31,017 nucleotides of DNA from a virus: IMG/VR virus record IMGVR_UViG_3300021082_000017; one strand, written 5' to 3'. Numbering within the stretch: the stretch's first letter is position 1; the number at the start of each line of letters is the position of its first letter. Position numbers and translations under genes: made by a program. The notes under the pieces were generated by a model. The model was not told the DNA's origin and made no database searches. It worked only from the letters and a program-made list of their open reading frames with translations. Of the stretch, positions 1-8,900 are shown piece after piece.

Positions 1-127
1 GTCCAAACGGCAACGGCAGCACCTACGACCGGCGCCGGCTCGAGCCCAAGCGCCTGCGCGAGTACATCGCCGAGCAGAAGGGCTACAAGGAGTTCAAGGC
101 CGGGCACCGGTCGACGGTCATGCTCGA
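1..127. repeat. Terminal overlap, copy 1 (identical to 30891-31017)
   Basis: Read directly: gtccaaacggcaacggcagc...ggtcgacggtcatgctcga is present at both ends, 127/127 identical. Confidence 0.97.
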
Positions 128-983
128 ACTGCCCGAGGTGGACTTCAAGACGCTCATCACGCTGACCACCGTCAACGCCCAGGCCAGTCGTCTGGCGCCC
201 GTCGACATGGCGCTGGAAGAGCGAACGGTCGCTGACCTGATGGGCCAGGGCACGACCGACAACAACACCATCGAGTACTACGAGGAGACGACCTTCACCA
301 ACGCCGCGGCGACGGTGGCAGAAGGTGTGGCCAAGGCTGAGAGTGCGATCGCCTGGACGCTCCGCACCGAGAACGTCCGCAAGATCGCCCACTGGATCCC
401 GGCCACCAAAGAGTCGCTCGATGACGTGTCGTTCCTCGAATCGACTATCCGCACCCGGCTCGCCTTCGGCGTGCAGCGCACCGAAGAGGCGCAACTGCTG
501 ACCGGCGATGGCAGCGGCACCAACCTGCGCGGCCTGGTCAACCGTGTCGGCATCCAGACCCAGGCCAAGGGCGCCGACCCGACGCCCGACACCATCTATC
601 GGGCGATGCAGAAGGTGCGTGGCGCCACCGGCAGCGGCTTCGCTGAGCCGGATGCGGTGGTGCTGCACCCCAACGACTGGACCGACATCAAGTTGTTGAG
701 GACGGCTGACGGCATCTACATCTGGGGCAACCCCAGCGACGAGGGCCCAGACCGCATCTGGGGCAAGCAAGTACGCCAGACGACCGGCATGACCGAGGGC
801 ACCGGCCTGGTCGGCGCCTTCCGCGCCCACGCCCAGGTCGTGCGTCGCGAGGGTGTCACCGTGACACTGAGTACGGAACACGCCTCGTACTTCATCGAGA
901 ACAAAGTGGCGATCTTGGCTGAGTCACGGCTGGCGCTTGCTGTCTTCCGGCCATCCGCCTTCGCCACCTGCACGGGTATTTAG
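1..983 (+). CDS. Major capsid protein, HK97 fold, 3' portion (gene starts at 30605 and crosses the junction)
   Basis: The frame is open from the window start (codons phased on nt 3) and is the same frame as ATG 30605 when carried through the overlap. The joined product is about 422 aa. Phage_capsid-like stretch: IEYYEETTFTNAAATVAEGVAKAESAIAWTLRTENVRKIAHWIPATKESLDDVSFLES...LLTGDGSGTNLRGL. It follows the prohead protease. Stop TAG 981-983. Confidence 0.85.
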   Translation, partial: PNGNGSTYDRRRLEPKRLREYIAEQKGYKEFKAGHRSTVMLELPEVDFKTLITLTTVNAQASRLAPVDMALEERTVADLMGQGTTDNNTIEYYEETTFTNAAATVAEGVAKAESAIAWTLRTENVRKIAHWIPATKESLDDVSFLESTIRTRLAFGVQRTEEAQLLTGDGSGTNLRGLVNRVGIQTQAKGADPTPDTIYRAMQKVRGATGSGFAEPDAVVLHPNDWTDIKLLRTADGIYIWGNPSDEGPDRIWGKQVRQTTGMTEGTGLVGAFRAHAQVVRREGVTVTLSTEHASYFIENKVAILAESRLALAVFRPSAFATCTGI

Positions 984-999
984 CGCACAATTAGCGCAC
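980..999. repeat. Tandem direct repeat TTAGCGCAC x2 with 11-bp phasing (980-988, 991-999)
   Basis: Read directly: tATTTAGCGCACaATTAGCGCACg. It overlaps the capsid stop codon and lies ~50 nt upstream of the RHH micro-ORF. Confidence 0.8.
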
Positions 1000-1050
1000 G
1001 ACAACGATGGCGCGACCCCCTACGCTGGACCGCAGTAGGAGGTCGCGCGA

Positions 1051-1230
1051 ATGGACACTCGCCGCGTTGTCATTCATCTGCCGCTTGTGGAGTGGGGCCA
1101 TCTGCTCCGCATGGCAGAGGCGGACGACCGCACGCCCGAACAGCAGGCGGCTCACCTTATTCGGCGAGCCGTGGCCACCTATACCAGGAGGAACACCCAT
1201 GCCCGTTATCAGCGGCGGAATGGTCATTGA
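1051..1230 (+). CDS. Ribbon-helix-helix (Arc/CopG/MetJ-type) small DNA-binding protein, 59 aa (just under the ORF-track size cut-off)
   Basis: ATG 1051 is preceded by AGGAGG (1037-1042, 8-nt spacer). Translation: MDTRRVVIHLPLVEWGHLLRMAEADDRTPEQQAAHLIRRAVATYTRRNTHARYQRRNGH. This gives a basic N-terminus, a beta-strand (RVVIHLP) and two helices, the RHH pattern. Stop TGA 1228-1230. Confidence 0.55.
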   Translation: MDTRRVVIHLPLVEWGHLLRMAEADDRTPEQQAAHLIRRAVATYTRRNTHARYQRRNGH

Positions 1231-1720
1231 AGGCGCGCTCGGCCGCGCCATCACCACCAGCGGCGCCCCGGTCGCCGGCACCAACGAAGTCCAGACCCTG
1301 ACCATCGGCGGCACACCCACGGCCGGCACCTTCACGCTCAGCCTGGAGGGGCGCCCCACCGGATCCATCACCTGGAGCAACGTCAACGCCACGCTGCTGG
1401 CGGCCATCAACACCGCGTGCGACGCGGCCTTCGGCACGGCCAGCGTGGTAGCCACAGCGGGCACGCTGACGGCCGGCATCGGCACGATCCTGCTCACCTT
1501 CGGCGCGGCCTACGCGCGACGTGCGGTCAGCACGATGACGGCTAGCAGCAGCCTGACCGGCACGGCGCCAACGCTCGCCATCGCCGAAACCACCCCCGGC
1601 GTCGATGCCACCTACCGTGGCGCCGCCACCGGCTCGATGCTGACCCGCACCGACACCGGCATCCTGCACGTCAACACCAGCACGACGGCTGGCGCGCCCA
1701 CCTGGACCGCCCAGGCGTAG
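1199..1720 (+). CDS. Putative head-decoration / surface-display protein (173 aa)
   Basis: ATG 1199 with AGGAGG 1186-1191 (7-nt spacer). The longer track ORF from 1007 has no RBS and an Arg/Ser/Trp-rich junk-like N-terminus. The gene sits right after the capsid gene. It carries a ~100-aa NEVQTLT...GTFTL domain also found inside the major tail protein. Confidence 0.5.
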   Translation: MPVISGGMVIEGALGRAITTSGAPVAGTNEVQTLTIGGTPTAGTFTLSLEGRPTGSITWSNVNATLLAAINTACDAAFGTASVVATAGTLTAGIGTILLTFGAAYARRAVSTMTASSSLTGTAPTLAIAETTPGVDATYRGAATGSMLTRTDTGILHVNTSTTAGAPTWTAQA

Positions 1721-1733
1721 GAGGAAGACCAGC

Positions 1734-1994
1734 ATGGCCTATCAGGTCACCGAGCGCCTCTATGTCGATAAAGAGGGCAAGGTCTACAAAGAATCGGACA
1801 TGACCGAGCGCACCGAGGCCGTGCTGCTGATGAGCGCGGGCGGTGAGCTGTCGGACGAGGACGCCAAGCAGTACGGCCTCGCCGCACCCAAGCCGAAGGC
1901 GGCTGACGATGACGACGATGAGTCAGAGGCCGAGGCCAAGGCGGTAAGCGCGCCGCCCGCCAACAAAGCCCGCAGTGCCAGCGAGACGAAGTAG
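1734..1994 (+). CDS. Hypothetical small acidic protein (86 aa)
   Basis: ATG 1734 follows AGGAGGAAG (1719-1727). GC3-rich coding. Asp/Glu-rich C-terminal half (AADDDDDESEAEAK). No recognisable domain. Confidence 0.6.
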   Translation: MAYQVTERLYVDKEGKVYKESDMTERTEAVLLMSAGGELSDEDAKQYGLAAPKPKAADDDDDESEAEAKAVSAPPANKARSASETK

Positions 1995-1997
1995 CTG

Positions 1998-2585
1998 ATG
2001 TTGACCGACCCCGGCAACGTCGAGCGGCATCTTGGCACGGAACTCTCGGCCGCGCAGCTCATGGAGGCCGATGCGCTGTGCCTGGCGGCCGACGCCTGGA
2101 TCCTGGCCACCTACGGCATTTCGGATACGGCTGGCCCGGTGACGGAGCAGCACTACGACCTGGCGCCGGTCATCTTCCTGAACCGGCGCCCGATCGCGAG
2201 CGTCACCAGCGTCAGCCTGCGCTCGGGCATCACGGCCACGCCCGTGGCCCTGGTCGCCGGCACCGACTACGAGATTGCCGATCTGGCGCTGGGCGCCATC
2301 TCGCTGCCCGGCTACCGCTGGGGCTGGCCGCGCAACTACGGCTATGACCGGGCCACCGTCGTCTACACGCCCGATGCCAGCGTCAGCCCGGCCGTCGAGC
2401 TGGCGGCGACGATGCTGGTCTGCCACTGGCTCAGGCGCCAGACCGAAGGCGTCGTGCCGGGTGTGCAGAGCTACAGCGTCGGTCAGGAGTTGAGCGTCAC
2501 GTACTCGGACCTGGCCACTGCCCACGGCGTGCCGGCCGAGGTGACGCGGTTGCTGGCGCCGGTGGCGCGGATCGCGTTCGCGTGA
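1998..2585 (+). CDS. Head-tail connector / adaptor (gp6-like), probable
   Basis: The position in the head-to-tail series and the N-terminal pattern VERHLGTELSAAQLMEADALCLAADAWILATYG resemble gp6-type connector proteins. The stop overlaps the next start (GTGA). Confidence 0.5.
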   Translation: MLTDPGNVERHLGTELSAAQLMEADALCLAADAWILATYGISDTAGPVTEQHYDLAPVIFLNRRPIASVTSVSLRSGITATPVALVAGTDYEIADLALGAISLPGYRWGWPRNYGYDRATVVYTPDASVSPAVELAATMLVCHWLRRQTEGVVPGVQSYSVGQELSVTYSDLATAHGVPAEVTRLLAPVARIAFA

Positions 2586-2899
2586 TCGGCCTGATCGACA
2601 CGGCGACCATTTACACCGAGGACGCCAACGGCGTGTTTACCGTCGTCGCGACCGACGGGCTGCGCTGCCGGCGGGCGCACGTCAATTCGCAACCCGCCAC
2701 CAGTGGCGCCGAGCGTGCCGACCTGGCCGCCATCAGAGACTTCATCTGGGGACCGGACTACCTGATGCCCGAGCACTGCCAGATTGAGATGGACGGCATT
2801 CGCTGGAACGTGGTTGGCGGCACCTTCAAGGCCTTTCGCGGTCCATCAGGCGCGATCGTGTATCGGCAATGCGATGTGACGCGGGCAATCGATGGCTAA
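2582..2899 (+). CDS. Head-closure / head-tail joining protein (HK97 gp7 / SPP1 gp16-like), probable
   Basis: GTG 2582 overlaps the upstream TGA. 105 aa, in the expected size class and position. Pattern: IDTATIY...DANGVFTVV...IEMDGIRWNVVG. Confidence 0.5.
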   Translation: MIGLIDTATIYTEDANGVFTVVATDGLRCRRAHVNSQPATSGAERADLAAIRDFIWGPDYLMPEHCQIEMDGIRWNVVGGTFKAFRGPSGAIVYRQCDVTRAIDG

Positions 2900-3284
2900 G
2901 CCCCTGATGACGGCCGAGGTGCTCGGCGTTGACGAGGCCGAGGCGTACCTGCGGAGCCTGGAATCGGGCGTCAAAGGCGCCGACAAGACCATCGTCCGGG
3001 TCGGCACCGCCGTCGTGTACGCCTGGGGTATTGAGTTCGGGCAGTCGCGCTCGGGCCGGCCTCGCCGGTCGGCGGGTGGCGCCAGGATGCTGACGGGCGC
3101 GCTCCAGTCGGTCAGGGCAGATATTGAACCGACGATCGCCGCCGCGCTACCCAAGGGCGAGGACGCCACCGTCAAGGCAATGATGGGTCTCGGCTATCGG
3201 GTGGAAGCCATCGCCAAGGCCGCGACCCCCGTCCGCACCGGCAACCTCCGCAGAAGTCTGCACACGGTCGCGGGACCACGGTAG
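2892..3284 (+). CDS. HK97 gp10-family neck / tail-completion protein
   Basis: 130 aa. The C-terminal motif PVRTGNLRRSLH matches the characteristic (V/T)DTGxLRxS motif of the HK97 gp10 family. Syntenic position. Confidence 0.65.
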   Translation: MAKPLMTAEVLGVDEAEAYLRSLESGVKGADKTIVRVGTAVVYAWGIEFGQSRSGRPRRSAGGARMLTGALQSVRADIEPTIAAALPKGEDATVKAMMGLGYRVEAIAKAATPVRTGNLRRSLHTVAGPR

Positions 3285-3287
3285 ATC

Positions 3288-3749
3288 GTGCCGCTCGACT
3301 TCAACGCCGCGATCGACCAGATCATCGTGCTGCTTGAGAGCCTGCCCGGCCTGGCCGACGAGGCGGGCGGCGTGACGCACGTCCACAAGGGCGTACCAGC
3401 CAGCCTGCCGACGCGGCTGAGCGTGTACGTGGCGCTGGCCGACATGCTGATCCGCGAGAAGGTGACGCAGCGGCAGGATGTGTCGGCCGTGTTCGCGGTC
3501 AACTTCGGCTACCGCGTCGATGCCAACTCGGCCGGCGCCGTCTCGCTCGCGGAGACCGCCCTCATCAGCGCCGTCGAGGACTTCCTGGAAGTGATGCGGC
3601 TGCCGGCCAATCGGACGCTGGGCGCGGTCGTCACCAACGCCGCGCTGACATCGCTGACGGCCAGCCGGCCAGAGTATCAGATTGTCGCCGGCCAGGAGTT
3701 TCGCGTCTTCGGTCTTCTCGTCACCGCTGGCCAGAGCCAGGGCTATTAG
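3288..3749 (+). CDS. Tail terminator / tail-completion protein, probable
   Basis: GTG 3288, 153 aa. It is the last neck-type gene before the major tail protein. Called by synteny only. Confidence 0.4.
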   Translation: MPLDFNAAIDQIIVLLESLPGLADEAGGVTHVHKGVPASLPTRLSVYVALADMLIREKVTQRQDVSAVFAVNFGYRVDANSAGAVSLAETALISAVEDFLEVMRLPANRTLGAVVTNAALTSLTASRPEYQIVAGQEFRVFGLLVTAGQSQGY

Positions 3750-3763
3750 AAGGGCAGGCATGC

Positions 3764-4027
3764 ATGAGCACACCCACGGTCGTCTACACCTACCAGGGCC
3801 AGGAGAACGAGTACTACACCGGCATTCCTGCCCGCGACCTGACCGAGGAGGACGTGGCCGCGCTGACCGACGAGCAGCGGGAACTGATCGAGGCGGGCAC
3901 GCTGTACGAGCCGGCGGCGGTCAAGGCCACCCGCTCGCGCAGCAAGGCCAAGAACGGTGAGCCGACCGAGCCGGCTGAGCCGGAAGCAACTGATACGCCG
4001 GCTGAGCCGGCGCCTGCGGAGGGATAA
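3764..4027 (+). CDS. Hypothetical protein (87 aa), Pro/Glu/Ala-rich C-terminus
   Basis: ATG 3764 after AGAAGGGCAGG. GC3-biased coding. No recognisable domain. Confidence 0.55.
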   Translation: MSTPTVVYTYQGQENEYYTGIPARDLTEEDVAALTDEQRELIEAGTLYEPAAVKATRSRSKAKNGEPTEPAEPEATDTPAEPAPAEG

Positions 4028-4030
4028 GCC

Positions 4031-5332
4031 ATGCCAGGTGGTGAACTGTGGCGTCGCCGGCTCCAGTACGGCAAAGAGACAACCTACGGCGTGGACGCTC
4101 CCGCCACGCGCATCGCCTATGTGCGCGACCCGGTCCTGACCCGCGAGCGTGAGCCGCGCGAGCATCGGTTCGCCACCGCCAGCCGCGACAACGTGCGGGC
4201 CAGGACGCTGGGCGCGGTGGCAGCGGGCGGTTCGTTCGAACTGCCCATGTCGGCCGACGAAATGGTCGAGCTGTGCCTGCTCGCCATCCAGGGCAACGTC
4301 ACGCCGACGACCCCGGCCGGCTTCACCACCGGGCGCCAATGGCAGTTCCGACCGGGTAACACCGCGCCTGACAGCGCCACCATCGAGCTGGACGATGGCG
4401 CCAACGTCTGGCAGGAGACCGGCTGCTACATCGACGAGCTCAGCATCAGCGGCAGCGTGGGTGCAGAGAACATCGTCAGCGCCACCCTGTTCGGCAAGGA
4501 GCGCACCGCCACCACGTTGACGGGCGCCCTGACCGAGCGCACGCCGACCTTCATGGAAGGCTGGGAGACCGCGCTGTTCGTGGACGCGGCGGGCGGCACC
4601 GCCGGCACCACCCAGTACGGCGGCCTGCTGATCAACTGGGAAGTCACGATCAGCAACGGCCTGGGCCGCAAGTACACGGCTGACAATACGCTGGCCGCGT
4701 CGAAGATCACCCTGGGTGAGCTGACCGTCACGGCCAACCTGACCTTTGAAGCGGACCAGGCGACGGTCGACACCGAGATGGCCAACTGGGATGCTGAGAC
4801 GGCCCGCCTGGTGCGCTTGCAGTTCGGCATGAACGAGACGCTCGACGTTGGCGTCAACGAAGTGCAGACGCTGACCGAGGGCACGCCGATCACGGCCGGC
4901 ACCTACACCCTCGGCTTCCGCGGCCAGTCGACCAGTGCCATCGCCTACAACGCCACCGCCGCCGCCATCCAGTCGGCCCTGGAGGCGCTGCCCGCCATCG
5001 GCCCCGGCAACGTCACCGTGACGGGCGGCCCGGTCGATGTCCTGGCCGTCACCGTCACCTTCATCGGCGCCCTGTCAGGCACGAACGTGCCGCAACTGAC
5101 CAGCGTCCAGACGAGCCTCACCGGCACCTTCGCCCACGCCACCTCCACGCCCGGCACCGGCAGCAAGCGCGCCGTCATGATCGACATCCCCGGCCACTGG
5201 ACGGCAGTCGATGTCGGCGGCGACGACGCCGGCACGCGCACCTACCAGTTCGGTCTCGGCGCAACGTATGACGCCACCCTGGCCTACATGCTGCAAATCT
5301 TGCTGTGGAATAACCGCCTCACCGCCTGGTAG
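4031..5332 (+). CDS. Major tail (tube) protein with an internal ~100-aa display-domain insertion
   Basis: ATG 4031 after GGAGGG (4018-4023). 433 aa, directly upstream of the chaperone pair and tape measure. N-terminal LQYGKETTYG... is typical of siphovirus tube proteins. Residues ~276-376 (nt 4856-5158) form the inserted NEVQTLT domain. Confidence 0.7.
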   Translation: MPGGELWRRRLQYGKETTYGVDAPATRIAYVRDPVLTREREPREHRFATASRDNVRARTLGAVAAGGSFELPMSADEMVELCLLAIQGNVTPTTPAGFTTGRQWQFRPGNTAPDSATIELDDGANVWQETGCYIDELSISGSVGAENIVSATLFGKERTATTLTGALTERTPTFMEGWETALFVDAAGGTAGTTQYGGLLINWEVTISNGLGRKYTADNTLAASKITLGELTVTANLTFEADQATVDTEMANWDAETARLVRLQFGMNETLDVGVNEVQTLTEGTPITAGTYTLGFRGQSTSAIAYNATAAAIQSALEALPAIGPGNVTVTGGPVDVLAVTVTFIGALSGTNVPQLTSVQTSLTGTFAHATSTPGTGSKRAVMIDIPGHWTAVDVGGDDAGTRTYQFGLGATYDATLAYMLQILLWNNRLTAW

Positions 5333-5337
5333 GAAGG

Positions 5338-5760
5338 ATGTCCATGACGCTCGACATGAGCCACCCGCTGTTGCTGGATGAGCCGCCCCAGAACGGACAC
5401 CTGGACGCCGGCGACGTGCCGCCGCTGGTCATCCGCCAGGTGGCGCGCCGCGTGCGCTGGCTGTCGCTCAACGACGACGAGACCTATCCCGGCTTCGAGA
5501 TCAAGGTCTGGCTGAACCCCTCGCACGCGCAACGGCGGCTGATGGATGTGGCCGAAGGCGACCGCGTCACCGCCTTCATCAAGCTGATCGTGCTCGAGCA
5601 CAACGGCTGGGCCGATGAGGACGGCGAGGCGTTCCCACCGGCCAGCGAGCCGGCCTTCTGGGATGCCATTCCGACCGAGCTGGGCATCCGCATCGTCGGC
5701 GCCATCAACGAGGCGCTGACCCAACTCCCAAACTCGATCAGCGCGGCGAAACGCAGTTGA
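5338..5760 (+). CDS. Tail assembly chaperone (G-like)
   Basis: 140 aa, lying between the major tail and tape measure genes. It contains a slippery heptamer near its 3' end. ATG 5344 is an alternative start with better spacing from AGGAAGG. Confidence 0.7.
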   Translation: MSMTLDMSHPLLLDEPPQNGHLDAGDVPPLVIRQVARRVRWLSLNDDETYPGFEIKVWLNPSHAQRRLMDVAEGDRVTAFIKLIVLEHNGWADEDGEAFPPASEPAFWDAIPTELGIRIVGAINEALTQLPNSISAAKRS

Positions 5761-5957
5761 AGACGTTTCTCCGCGCGCGTGACAAGCGTGGCCTGCGCCT
5801 GCCGTGGGCCTACTACCGCTCGCTGCTGGCGCGCGTCTGGCATGTGCCACCGTGGGAGGTGGACGCGGCGCCGTGGGATGAGGTGGATACCGAGTTGCGC
5901 CTGCGCGCCGTCATCGGCTGGGCCGATGTGGCGCCCGAGTTGCAGCGTGGTGAGTAA
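5338..5957 (+). CDS. Tail assembly chaperone G-T fusion product (via -1 frameshift at 5727-5733)
   Basis: The downstream ORF (5757-5957) is in the -1 frame relative to 5338-5760, has no RBS of its own, and ends 2 nt before the tape measure start. This is the conserved arrangement of long-tailed phages. Confidence 0.6.
5727..5733 (+). promoter_or_regulatory. -1 programmed ribosomal frameshift slippery site C_CCA_AAC
   Basis: In the zero frame the codons read ctC CCA AAC, i.e. X_XXY_YYZ. The -1 frame is open from 5727 through the track ORF 5757-5957 (ccc aaa ctc gat cag cgc ggc gaa acg cag ttg aag...). Confidence 0.65.
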
Positions 5958-5959
5958 CC

Positions 5960-8900
5960 GTGGCTGACATGAACCTGGCCGTTCGCATCAGCGGCCAGGA
6001 CGATGGTGCCACCGCACTCATCAAGAAGGTCGATGGCGGCCTGGGCGGGCTGGGCGGCGTCGCCAAGACGGCCGGCCTGGCCGTCGCTGGTGTGGGGCTG
6101 GCGGCGGGCGCCGCGGCGGCGGGCGGCATTGCGGCGGCGGTCAGCGCGGCGGCCGGCTTCGAAGAGCAGCTCAGCGGCATCAAGGCCGTGTCAGGCGCCA
6201 CCCAGAGCGAGATGAAAGACCTGTCGGGGCTGGCGCTCAAGCTGGGCAAGGACACGTCCTTCAGCGCCAGTGAAGCCGCTGCCGGCATCGAGGAGCTCGT
6301 TAAGGGCGGGCTCAGCGTTGGCGACATCATGAACGGCGCCGCCGAGGCGACACTGAACCTGGCCGCGGCGGGTGGCGTCGACCTGGCCGACGCGGCCACC
6401 ATCTCGGCCAATGCCCTGGCCCAGTTCAATCTCAAGGGCACCGACATGGGCCATGTCGCCGACCTGATCGCCGGCGCCGCCAATGCCAGCGCGCTGGACG
6501 TGGGCCAGTTCGCCCAGTCGTTGCAGGCGTCAGGCGCGGTAGCGGCGACAGTCGGGTTCAGCTTTGACGACCTGGCCCAGGGCATCGCCATCATGGGCAA
6601 GGCCGGCATCACCGGTAGCGATGCGGGCACCTCGCTCAAGACCATGATGTTGAACCTGTCACCGAGCACCGACAAGGCCGCGGCGGCGATGCAAGAGCTG
6701 GGCATCATGTCGTTCAACTCGAACGAGGCGATGAAGCGCCTGACCGAGGCCGGCATCAAGCCGGCGGCGGCGGGCAGTGACGCACTGTACATCCAGTCGG
6801 CCAAGCTGACGCTGGGACTGAGCCAGAACGCCGAGATGACGGCCAAGAACTACAAGGAATTCTCCAAGATGAGCCAGGAGGTCGGGCTGACCTCCAACGC
6901 CTTCTTCGACGCCAACGGCAAAGTCAAGAGCATGGCCGAGGTCGCGGAGATCTTGCAGAAGTCCACGGCCAACCTGACGCAAGAGCAGAAGCTCTCGACG
7001 CTCCAGACCCTGTTCGGCAGTGATGCCATCCGGGCCGCGGCCGTGCTGGCGAAGGAGGGCGCCGAGGGCTTCGGCGACATGGCCGGCGCGATGGGCAAGG
7101 TCACGGCCGCGACGGTCGGCGCCGAGAAGCTCAACAACTTCAAGGGCAGCATCCAGCAGTTGCAGGGGTCGGTCGAGACGGCCGGCATCACGCTGGGCAT
7201 GGCCTTCCTGCCGGTGCTGAAGCAACTGGCCGATGGCGCCACGAACGTTGTCAACAAGATGATCCCGTTCCTCGAGGTGGCCGGGCCGAAGCTCGTGGAG
7301 ATGGTCGGTCAGGGCATCGACTTCCTGAAGAAGATCGACCTGTCGGGGTTCTTCTTCCTCTGGGAGCACGCCCAGGACATCATGGGCGACTTTGCCGAGG
7401 TGGTGCAGCAGGCGCTGTCGGGTGATGTGACCGGCGCCATCGGCGGGCTACTGGACGTGGTGACCGATACGCGCGGGCGCCTGGTCGAGCTGCTCGCCGG
7501 CTGGGGGCAAGCCTTCATCGAGTGGATCCTGCCCCAGGTGCCGGCGCTGCTGGACAACCTGGCCAAGTTCAGCCAGGAGATCGCCGGCAAGATCGCCCAG
7601 TTCGCGGCCGAGTACGTGGAGCAGTTGGCGACCTGGGGCGCGGCGTTCGTGGACTGGATCGGCCCCAAGATCCCCGACCTGTTGCGCGAGCTGGGCGCCT
7701 TCTCGGCGAAGATGCTGGGCTGGCTGATCGGTGACGCCCTGCCGGCCATCATCGGCAAGTTAGGTGAGTGGGGGCTGGCCTTCATCGAGTGGATCGCCCC
7801 GCGTATCCTGCCGATGCTGGGCGAACTGGGCAAGCTGCTGGGCGAACTGACGGGCTGGATGATCACGACTGCCTTGCCCGCCATCCTCAAGAAACTGGTG
7901 GAGTGGGGCGCCGCCTTCATCGACTGGGTGGCCGACAACGTCATCCCCAAACTGCCCGGCGCCCTGGCCGCCATCCGCGACAGCATCACGAGTTGGATCG
8001 GGGGCGCCATCGAGGGCATCAAGACCGAGATGGGACGCATCGGCACGGCCATCATTGATGGCGTCAAGGCCGGCATCGCCAACGCCGCGGGGTCACTCAA
8101 TGCGGCGATGCAGAATATGGCCACCGGCGCGCTCAACGCTGCCAAGCAGACGCTGGGCATCAGCAGTCCGTCAACCGTGTTTGCCGATGAGGTCGGCGAG
8201 CCGATTGTGGATGGCATCATCCTCGGCATCGAGGCCAGGGCGCCCGCCATGCTCGACACCATGAACGGTATCATGGACGATCTGAAGCAGACCAGCATCG
8301 AGGGCATCCATGCCGCGATCGACGCGATGGATGAGGTACTTCAGAACAACGCGGACTTCGACCGCATCAGACGCGCCATCGCGCAAATGAACGATGCGCT
8401 GGTGAACGGCGGCGGGCTCGGCAACGGCGCCGGTGGAGGAGGGGGCGGCGGGGGCGGTGGTGGTGGTGGCCCTGAGCCGCCCAACACCGACGGCCAGAGC
8501 GCCCCCGGTCAGTTCCAGAACGACCCGCTCTACCAGCAGATTAGCCAGAACAAGAACTGGAGCGGCAACGTGCCCGGCCGGCTGTCGATGGACTTCGGCA
8601 ACGGCATTAGCTACAACGCCGAGATGGACACGACGCGCACCGGCAAGCCGCACGCGGGCAAGAGCGCCTATTACAGCGTCTGGTATCGCGTCAACTCGCT
8701 GCTGTCGGCTGGTCACTTCAGTAACGTCAAGGACGCGCTCCGCGCCGCCGTGCAGTGGGTCATCGACGGCACGACGCCCGCTGGTCGGGCGGGGCTGGGC
8801 TGGACCATTGGCGCCGGCGCAGGCGCGGGCTATTCCAGCATGACGGATGAGCAGATCTCCGCGCTCGTCGCGGCAGGCAACAACGACCCGGCGCTGTGGG

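Noticed and set aside
1007-1198. Longer 237-aa version of the decoration-like ORF starting at 1007
   Set aside because: ATG 1007 has no RBS and the extension is Arg/Ser/Trp/Cys-rich. The same DNA encodes, in another frame, the RHH micro-ORF with a strong RBS, and ATG 1199 has its own AGGAGG.
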